Of a DNA stretch of 64,000 bases, positions 10,024 through 17,299 are shown in pieces. The stretch comes from a virus. Its lineage: Duplodnaviria > Caudoviricetes. Made by a program: the position numbers and the translations under genes. Under the pieces are notes generated by a model that saw only the letters and a list, made by a program, of their open reading frames with translations, was not told the origin of the DNA and did no database searches. The stretch is taken from the IMG/VR virus record IMGVR_UViG_3300032167_000004, positions 64,001-128,000 of that record. One strand, written 5' to 3'. The first letter of the stretch is position 1, and each line of letters starts with the position of its first letter.

Positions 10024-10290
10024 ATGAAAATTGTTGAATGGATGAGCGGTATCTGGCATTGTCTCGGACCGTTTCCTGGTACCTTTAATATTTGTGATGA
10101 ATCTATTAGTTTGATTCAAAATCACAATAATGACTTTATTGTTATGAGAGTAACTAAAGTTATTGATTCGGATTATGGTATTCCTATTAATACTTTTTAT
10201 TATTCTACGTATGATGAAGCAAAAGCTCAATATGACAAGTTTAAATCTGAATTGGAGTGGCATGTAAAACAAACAGCCGAATCTAATTAA
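10024..10290 (+). CDS. Hypothetical protein
   Basis: 88 aa, AAGGAG RBS. Confidence 0.65.
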   Translation: MKIVEWMSGIWHCLGPFPGTFNICDESISLIQNHNNDFIVMRVTKVIDSDYGIPINTFYYSTYDEAKAQYDKFKSELEWHVKQTAESN

Positions 10291-10302
10291 AGAGGTAAAA
10301 GT

Positions 10303-10587
10303 ATGTGTGAAAAACTTATTCTTTATTTAGATATACCACCATATATTGGATGTTGTACATACCGAGAAACACTCAATAAAATCAATAATGGTTATGAAGT
10401 AGTAAATACAACACAACCTGCTTTTCTTCAGTTTAAATATGCTAAACGTTTATTTGTTAGAGTAAAAGGTGAAGAACATGAAATTACTCTCGGTAAATGT
10501 GAAGGAACTGATAAAGAAATTCGTAAAGTTCATAACATTGAAAAGATGTTATTGAATGGAGCTTTTGATTACTTTAGAGGGATTTAA
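10303..10587 (+). CDS. Conserved phage hypothetical protein
   Basis: 94 aa, GAGGT RBS. Confidence 0.65.
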   Translation: MCEKLILYLDIPPYIGCCTYRETLNKINNGYEVVNTTQPAFLQFKYAKRLFVRVKGEEHEITLGKCEGTDKEIRKVHNIEKMLLNGAFDYFRGI

Positions 10588-10589
10588 AT

Positions 10590-10919
10590 ATGACAAAAGA
10601 CATTGAAAATTATAATAGTATAGAATGGTTATTTACTTCTAAATTTGAGAAATTGGTATGTCTTGTTACAGTATGCTATAAAAATAAACAGAGATTGCAT
10701 CTTAATATCGGATTATGTTTAGATTTTGAAACCATGAGTATTGACATTGTGGATGATTTAAATTTTAAACAATGGAATGATTTACAGTGGTTCTTTGCAT
10801 CTAAGTATAAGAGAGCAATGTATCTCATTAAATTAGCATATTCATGTAAAAGATCATTTGATTTCAATAATGGTATAGTTTTAAACTTTAAAACTATGAC
10901 TATTGAGGAGCGTTATTAA
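10590..10919 (+). CDS. Hypothetical protein with internal duplication
   Basis: Two copies of W.F.SK...Y...N.G..L.F.TM.I. Confidence 0.6.
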   Translation: MTKDIENYNSIEWLFTSKFEKLVCLVTVCYKNKQRLHLNIGLCLDFETMSIDIVDDLNFKQWNDLQWFFASKYKRAMYLIKLAYSCKRSFDFNNGIVLNFKTMTIEERY

Positions 10920-10920
10920 T

Positions 10921-11208
10921 ATGGATTATCGACATATGACCAGACCCCAATTTAAATTTGTTGATCGTTATCATGGATCTGTATGGGATAAGACCATTCA
11001 ACATATTTATATTAATCGTTATATGGCAACTATTACAGTAATTGATGATCGTGTTCTTACCGGTTATATTGATGGTTTTGATGAACAAACTATATATCTT
11101 ACAACAAATACTAATCTCGGTAGATCTAGTACAATCTTTCCTAAAGCACATATCACATCTATTAGTTTCTCAGGAGAAAATCTCTTTAGAAATTATGGTG
11201 ATGAATAA
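10921..11208 (+). CDS. Hypothetical protein, possibly Sm/SH3-like beta fold
   Basis: GAGGAG RBS; ITVIDDRVLTGYIDGFDEQTIYL...IFPKAHITSI resembles Hfq/LSm pattern. Confidence 0.45.
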   Translation: MDYRHMTRPQFKFVDRYHGSVWDKTIQHIYINRYMATITVIDDRVLTGYIDGFDEQTIYLTTNTNLGRSSTIFPKAHITSISFSGENLFRNYGDE

Positions 11209-11220
11209 AGAAACTTATTA

Positions 11221-11247
11221 ATAAAGAGGGATAAACTCCCTCTTTAT
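11221..11247 (+). terminator. Intrinsic terminator
   Basis: ATAAAGAGGGA/TCCCTCTTTAT plus T-run; near-identical stem at 20076. Confidence 0.7.
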
Positions 11248-11271
11248 TTTTTTATGAAAGGATGTGTTATT

Positions 11272-11646
11272 ATGATTACTAAAATTATTTTATATATTAT
11301 TTCAATTATAATTATGATTCGTATTTTATCTAAGAAATGTAAGAAATATTTAATTTTATTATGTGGTGTCATTTTATTATCAATTATTATAATATTAGCA
11401 TCATCTACAGAAAACGATCTTAATTCACTTGTTGGTGATGCTGAACTTATTGGTACTTATGAAAATCTTGGTACTATATATTATGATGAAAATGATAATA
11501 TGTATTTTGTTATTAATGTTAATCCCTGGAATTTATTTGAATCATTTAAGAAAACTGATATAGATTATAATTTAGGTGAAATAGCACACATCGCTTCACA
11601 TATTACAAATGAAATGGAAAATCTTATTGAAAGTTATTATAAATAA
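11272..11646 (+). CDS. Two-TM membrane protein, paralog of 9444
   Basis: Hydrophobic N-terminus, shared C-terminal motif. Confidence 0.65.
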   Translation: MITKIILYIISIIIMIRILSKKCKKYLILLCGVILLSIIIILASSTENDLNSLVGDAELIGTYENLGTIYYDENDNMYFVINVNPWNLFESFKKTDIDYNLGEIAHIASHITNEMENLIESYYK

Positions 11647-11674
11647 CTTTTTATTATACTACTAACATATATTT

Positions 11675-11756
11675 AGGTAGATTTTTCTTTTTTCCTTTCT
11701 TTCTTTTGTGTAAGAGAGGTATAAATAATAATTCCAATAAAATTATACCTCTCTTA
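11675..11756 (+). ncRNA. Candidate sRNA A: pyrimidine tract plus 14-bp hairpin
   Basis: AACA-N6-TA at 11664-11675, 26-nt U/C tract 11682-11707, stem 11711-11724/11743-11756, no ORF. Confidence 0.4.
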
Positions 11757-11831
11757 ATATTAAATTTAATTTTTTTATTAACATTCATTTAGAAGGAAAA
11801 TTTTACCATATTATAAAGGAGATATTAATTT

Positions 11832-11954
11832 ATGAAGAATCTTAAAGTTCTTAAGACTGAAAACCGTATTCATGCTCTTACTCAGAGAGATCCTGTTATT
11901 AATAAGAATATTATTAATAAATTGAAGAGAACTTTACGTAATATTAAAAATTAA
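11832..11954 (+). CDS. 40-aa basic peptide (not in ORF track)
   Basis: Late motif 11780-11791, AAAGGAG RBS, MKNLKVLKTENRIHALTQRDPVINKNIINKLKRTLRNIKN. Confidence 0.65.
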   Translation: MKNLKVLKTENRIHALTQRDPVINKNIINKLKRTLRNIKN

Positions 11955-11980
11955 TTATTTATATAACATATATTTATTAG

Positions 11981-12197
11981 GTATATAGATCTGGTTCCAT
12001 CAGTAAATAGTTGATGGGTAAAGAGACGGAATATACATATTGTATTAATCTTTTCCATGATCTTTATATATACATTATAAGAGAGTGAAATAGTAATTAT
12101 CTGGTATATATTCCATTCATTAATGGAGAGTGAAGTACATTAATGATACAGCTTGCCTGGAACCGTTCACTATAATCTAGTAGTAACTCTCTTATAA
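11981..12197 (+). ncRNA. Candidate structured RNAs B (11981-12073) and C (12075-12197)
   Basis: Late motif 11965-11976; B closed by GTATA-AGATC/GATCT-TATAC arms, C closed by 12-bp TTATAAGAGAGT/ACTCTCTTATAA with inner TCATTAATG/CATTAATGA stem; no ORF. Confidence 0.5.
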
Positions 12198-12269
12198 ATT
12201 AAATTTAATTATTTATATAACATTTATTTATAGAAGTAAAATAATCTTTTGATTATTTTATATACATAT

Positions 12270-12378
12270 GGGTCTTATAAGTGATTTACATAGCTTGCCT
12301 TCCTTTGATTTGTCTGGTTCAGCATCCTTCCAACTCATAGGATATGAAATCATCGCTGGTTAAGTTCAGCAAAGACCC
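12270..12378 (+). ncRNA. Candidate structured RNA D
   Basis: Late motif 12219-12230; closing GGGTCTT/AAGACCC, inner GTGATTT/AAATCAT and ATCCT/AGGAT stems; GC-enriched. Confidence 0.5.
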
Positions 12379-12388
12379 CCTCTTTCTG

Positions 12389-12631
12389 TTTTCCGGGAAG
12401 GGTGAGAGAAAAAAGGAATTCGTTCATAGTAAAAAATATTAAATTAAGAAACATTTTATGATGTCACCGCCATAGATGTCATTTTATCATATGATTTTGC
12501 CTGCCTGTCTGCAGTTTGCCGTCAATGACTGCATTCCCGCGCCATTACGTTGATACCTCCATCCCCTGTTTCTTAGTAATCCATACTGTATTTAATATTT
12601 TTTGGGTTTCTTTTAATCCCTTCCCGGAAAA
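12389..12631 (+). ncRNA. Candidate structured RNA E (~243 nt)
   Basis: Nested stems 12389-12402/12618-12631 (14 bp), 12431-12444/12590-12603 (14 bp), 12445-12453/12567-12575 (9 bp) enclosing a GC-rich domain; strand inferred from flanking promoter motifs. Confidence 0.55.
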
Positions 12632-12707
12632 TTCAAATTATTTTTTGAATATATATTATTGATATAACATATAAGTAAATATAATATTAATTTATGTTTT
12701 GTAATAC

Positions 12708-12794
12708 CCCGGGTTGGCGGAATAGGTAGACGCAAGGGACTTAAAATCCCTCGCTGGCGACAGCGTACCAGTTCGAAGCTGGTATCCGGGACCA
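12708..12794 (+). tRNA. tRNA-Leu(UAA)
   Basis: Cloverleaf CCCGGGT/ATCCGGG, anticodon arm AGGGA-CTTAAAA-TCCCT, long variable arm, TTCGA T-loop, encoded CCA. Confidence 0.95.
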
Positions 12795-12800
12795 TGAAAA

Positions 12801-12838
12801 TCCCGACTACAGAGGAAAATATAAATCTGTAGTCGGGA
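12801..12838 (+). terminator. Hairpin after tRNA-Leu
   Basis: TCCCGACTACAGA/TCTGTAGTCGGGA plus Ts. Confidence 0.6.
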
Positions 12839-12861
12839 TATTTTTATTAATTATATAATAT

Positions 12862-12937
12862 GGGTCCATAGCTCAGTTGGTAGAGCAACGCCCTTTTAAG
12901 GCGTGGGTCAGCAGTTCGAGCCTGCTTGGACTCACCA
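12862..12937 (+). tRNA. tRNA-Lys(UUU)
   Basis: 76-nt cloverleaf GGGTCCA/TGGACTC, ACGCC-CTTTTAA-GGCGT, CCA end. Confidence 0.95.
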
Positions 12938-12946
12938 CTCCATTAT

Positions 12947-12978
12947 ATCCCTATACTGGTATGTCCAGTATAGGGATT
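12947..12978 (+). terminator. Hairpin after tRNA-Lys
   Basis: ATCCCTATACTGG/CCAGTATAGGGAT. Confidence 0.6.
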
Positions 12979-13013
12979 ATTATTTGTCAAATTTTAAGAA
13001 AGGAAAATAAAGA

Positions 13014-13823
13014 ATGCTAAATATTGTTATTAATACACCTACAGACAGAGGTATATATACTGATATATATGCTATTGATGAAAGAGATAAATACTATCAT
13101 CAATTATATCATGCAAGATGTAAGGTATGTGGAACTGAAATAAAAAGTCGTTTAATAGATATTAATCGTAAAAATTCAGTATGTGTACATAAATATATTA
13201 AAACATTTATACGAGATTATCGTATAAATAAAATATTTCAAGGAATGAAACGTAGATGCTATGATAAACACGATAAAGCTTATAGAATGTATGGTGCTAA
13301 AGGAATAACAATTTGTGATGAATGGTTATATACTCCATATAAATTTGAAGAATGGTCGTTACAAAATGGATATCAAGATGATTTAACAATAGACAGAATA
13401 GATTCATCAAAAGGATATTCACCAGATAATTGCAGATGGATTGACTCTGAAACTAATTCTAAATATAAAAAATCCACTAAAGTATTATATGTTAATGGTA
13501 TGGGATTAAGTATGAGGGATTGGTCTAAAGTTATGGGACATGCCAATCATTATATATCAAAATATAATAAAAAACATGGTGAAAAAGCTACTATTCATTT
13601 GATTAGAAAATATATAAGACAACATAAATCATCTTCTGAAAGAATGTTAATGCAATTACATCCTTTTATTCTTAATGAAAAAGATAAATATTATAATATT
13701 GATATAAATCATCCTAGTATTGAAACTGAAACTACTCTTGATAAAATTACTGATTATATTAAGAATAATAAAGTTCCTGTAGATGAGAATGGTTATTATA
13801 ATATTAATATTAAAGTGAATTGA
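13014..13823 (+). CDS. Free-standing HNH homing endonuclease
   Basis: MKRRC...YGAKGITIC.EW...LTIDRIDSSKGYSPDNCRW signature. Confidence 0.85.
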   Translation: MLNIVINTPTDRGIYTDIYAIDERDKYYHQLYHARCKVCGTEIKSRLIDINRKNSVCVHKYIKTFIRDYRINKIFQGMKRRCYDKHDKAYRMYGAKGITICDEWLYTPYKFEEWSLQNGYQDDLTIDRIDSSKGYSPDNCRWIDSETNSKYKKSTKVLYVNGMGLSMRDWSKVMGHANHYISKYNKKHGEKATIHLIRKYIRQHKSSSERMLMQLHPFILNEKDKYYNIDINHPSIETETTLDKITDYIKNNKVPVDENGYYNINIKVN

Positions 13824-13849
13824 TAATATTGAAAGGGAAATAATAAAAA

Positions 13850-14263
13850 ATGGATAATCATAATATTGTATTAGCTAGATTAAGAGCATTGAATATGTTT
13901 GCTCGTTATGGTATTTGTACATATGATACATCATATAGAAAGGTTAATAATGATGTTATTATTGGAGATTTTATTAAATATTTAATTAAATTTCAATTAA
14001 TTATCGGTGATACTAAAAATAATACACTGATATTTAAAATTCCTAAAAATGAAGGTTCTCATATTGATTATTTTATTTTATATGATAATGTAAAAGATAG
14101 ACTTTTTATGGTTAAAAATAATGACCGTTGTAATAAAATCAAAATTTGTTATAAAAAAGTCGATATGGATAATAATGAAAATACATTATTTTATAGTAAT
14201 CATGAATTTGAACACATTATTGAATCAATTATTACTAAAGTATTTACATGTAGTCATAGTTAA
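13850..14263 (+). CDS. Hypothetical protein
   Basis: 137 aa, GAAAGGGA RBS. Confidence 0.55.
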   Translation: MDNHNIVLARLRALNMFARYGICTYDTSYRKVNNDVIIGDFIKYLIKFQLIIGDTKNNTLIFKIPKNEGSHIDYFILYDNVKDRLFMVKNNDRCNKIKICYKKVDMDNNENTLFYSNHEFEHIIESIITKVFTCSHS

Positions 14264-14377
14264 TAACAAATAATTATACATATAACATATAAATATAGGG
14301 TTCTAATTTTTAGAACCCAAATTAAAAATAATTAATACTATAACATAATATTAGAGAAGGTATTAAATATTATATAC

Positions 14378-14454
14378 GGGCCTGTAGTTCAGTTGGTTAG
14401 AACCCTTGGCTCATAACCGAGTTGTCGCGAGTTCGAAGCTTGCCAGGCCTACCA
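14378..14454 (+). tRNA. tRNA-CAU, most likely Ile2 (lysidine-modified, reads AUA)
   Basis: 77-nt cloverleaf; GGGCCTG acceptor is Ile-like; lacks initiator features (C1:A72 mismatch, three G-C anticodon pairs); CCA end. Confidence 0.85.
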
Positions 14455-14467
14455 AAATACATATCAT

Positions 14468-14727
14468 GGTGCATTTCATGCATCACCAAAAAAATCCTTA
14501 GTACCAACCAAGGATGGTTCCTTATCTCTGAGCCTCTCCTATGTGAGAGCAATGCAGAAGAATAGAGTCTGGTCTTTCTTAATCCTTCTCCCAGACTCTA
14601 TTCATTTTTTACATATGGGGTAAATTTTATCCCCGCCCATCAAGTCAAGCGTTTGAATATAGAGACCCTACATATTGTTATATTCAAACAACCCTTACAA
14701 CCCCATAATAGGATATCCTATTATGGG
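14468..14727 (+). ncRNA. Array of hairpins with C/U-rich loops downstream of tRNA-CAU
   Basis: 13-bp stem 14560-14572/14591-14603, TATGGGGT/ACCCCATA-closed unit with inner GTTTGAATATA/TATATTCAAAC stem, terminal palindrome 14702-14727; no ORF. Confidence 0.45.
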
Positions 14728-14770
14728 TCTATATTTAAAATTTTTCATATTGTATAAAGGAGAATAAAAT

Positions 14771-14998
14771 ATGGTTTATATTTTAGAGTTATTTATTATA
14801 ATTAGTATAATTTTTCTTATTACTGGTATTATTTATTTGAAAACTGGTTTATTTAAAGTTTTCTTTCATGATATTTTAGAATGGCATATGCCTAATAATT
14901 CTAGACAATATTATGATGGGTGTAATATTCATTGTGTATGTAGACATTGTAAATGTGAAATTATACAAGATAGTCAAGGTAATTGGTTTAGAGCTTAA
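14771..14998 (+). CDS. Membrane-anchored small Zn-binding protein
   Basis: N-terminal TM, WH...CRHC...QDSQGNWF. Confidence 0.65.
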   Translation: MVYILELFIIISIIFLITGIIYLKTGLFKVFFHDILEWHMPNNSRQYYDGCNIHCVCRHCKCEIIQDSQGNWFRA

Positions 14999-15020
14999 AG
15001 TATAGAGGTTAATAAAATAT

Positions 15021-17179
15021 ATGAAGAGAATTGAGAAATTAAAAGAACAGTTTAGTTATTTTAGTGAATCACATCTCATAGAAACATTATGTCCATATGA
15101 TATTGATAAAGAATTAGAAAATTGTGATAAAGAAACACTTAGACTTAAACATGAACCTCCTGCATTTAAATCAGGTTGTAGAGGAATAACCTGTGAAGAA
15201 TGTTGGGATAAAGAATTATACTAAAGAGGATATTAAAATGGAAATGTATTGTATTGAAGGTACTGATTATGATGAAAATATTATTGTTATCGGTTATACA
15301 ACAACAGAAGAAAAAGCTAAAAGAATGGTTGAAGTTATGAGAGAAACCGATAGATTCGATTCTTATTATGAATATAAATATCGTAAAATTTATGTCGATA
15401 TGTTAATTATTAATGATAAAAAGATTGAATTTTGATTTTATATAAGAGGAAATATATTAATATGGAAAATACTATTGAAGAAATTTATGAAATTCTTATA
15501 AATAAAGAATATTGTATAACTGAACATGATGCTGGAAAAATTGAAGGTGATGATTCTCATACCGTATTAGATATTAGTATGTTAAATACTGCTAATGCAA
15601 TATTTTGGGATGGTTATATATGGAATTTAGTATTCGGACTATATTCACATACATATAAAAAATTTATTGCATGTAATCATGCATCATTAAATGATATTAT
15701 TAATGATGACAATATCTATTTAATTATAAGTGTAGAAAGTGCAGAAGTTAATAGAAATTGTACTGTTAAATTATCTTATATAAAAAATAAAATTATTGAT
15801 AAAAGGGTAGAAGGAAATAAATGTATATTTAAATTGAAAACTGTAGGAATCGATAGAAAGAAAGAAGAAGATAATAGTATAAATATTAAAGTTCCTGAAT
15901 GGTGTAAAATAGGTAAACGAGTGTATTGGAATTCACCACGAATTACAGGAATGGAATGGGTTAGAGAAAGAATCTTAGGATATGGATTAGATGGATTCTT
16001 TCATAGTGGTGGTAATACGCCAGTATATTATAGTAAATTTTCAGAATTCGGTAAAACTGTTATGTTAGAAGAACCAGATAAAAATTTATATAGAGGGATG
16101 TCGTATTATGAGTATATATGAAAATATGAGCTCACAACCATATAGAGATATTAATAATGATGTAGAATCTGAACCTAAGAAACATACAAGAGAAGCTTTA
16201 ATGAGGTATATGAATAAAGATAAGAAACGTTCATATACTAAAAAGACTAATTTTACATATGAAGAAATTGCAAAATCTTTAATTATTCTTATGGATAATG
16301 GAATTGATCCGGATGATGCTTGTGGAGTATTAACTGCTATAGGACATAGTTTATTAGATATTGAGATTTTTAAGAATATTGATCAATATATATTAGGTGA
16401 TACAATTACAACTCTTAGATCAAAAGAGGTATAATGATGAAAGTAGATTTATATTATTATGAACAACATGTTCATTTTCAATATATACAACAGATTTTTC
16501 CTGATACTGATCATGAATTAAAACCAACTTATATAGGATATATTGAAGTTGAAAAATTTGATCTAGAAGAAATATTTCATTTATGCAATTGGAGTCATTG
16601 GTTACCTGAAAAACCTGTAAATTTATATTCTAAAATTAAATCTTGTGGTCATGGGTTAATGATGATTAATCCAGAAAATAATCAAAGATATCTAGCAAAA
16701 TCTATGGGTTGGTTAATAGGTAATGAAGATACTATAAATAAATATGTGGAAGAAAATAGATATCGATTATATTGGAGATAATAATGTTACTACTTATTGG
16801 TGTTAATTGTTATGTTACAATATGTGTATCATTTTTAGATACAACGATTATTAAACCTATATTTCCTAAAACAGATGATGGTGTTATAAAAGTTGATAGT
16901 GAACTTATACGAGGTGGAGATTCATATAAATATATTTTAACTGTTAAATTAGATATATCAGAGTATAATCTTCATAAACATAATTTATCAGAATATGTAA
17001 AAATAAAAGCTAAGGATCATGAATTGTATAAGGAAAGAATACAATGGTGTGTTAAAGAATATGGTAAAGGTAGAGAATATAACGTATATACATCATTTGA
17101 TGATCATGATTTAAATTTAAGAGATTATGTATATAAAGATGGAAAAGGTAATATAATATTAAGGAATTATTATGGATAA
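15021..17179 (+). CDS. Run of six hypothetical genes (15021-15224, 15238-15435, 15462-16121, 16108-16434, 16434-16781, ~16784-17179)
   Basis: Tightly packed ORFs with GAGG RBSs ending at terminator 17176-17208. Confidence 0.6.
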
Positions 17180-17233
17180 AAGAGAGATAATAATTATCTC
17201 TCTTTTATTTTTTTTCGTTTATTTATATATTAT

Positions 17234-17246
17234 AAATATATATTAT
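17234..17246 (+). promoter_or_regulatory. Early promoter motif
   Basis: AAATATATATTAT just after terminator. Confidence 0.7.
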
Positions 17247-17299
17247 TAATATAATAATATGAGAAGGAAAACTCAGTAAACCAAGAAAGGAAAATAAAT

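Noticed and set aside
11981-12631. tmRNA, RNase P or SRP RNA
   Set aside because: No tRNA-like acceptor/T-arm with tag ORF, no GAGGAAAGUCC core, no SRP domain IV motif recognised
12613-12795. 60-aa minus-strand ORF
   Set aside because: Antisense shadow of tRNA-Leu
14378-14454. Initiator tRNA-fMet
   Set aside because: Paired 1-72 position and no run of three G-C pairs in the anticodon stem
11650-14730. CRISPR array or solitary CRISPR repeat (e.g. GTTTGAA...TTCAAAC at 14651-14689)
   Set aside because: No regularly spaced direct repeats; the element is a single 39-nt hairpin with no cas genes nearby
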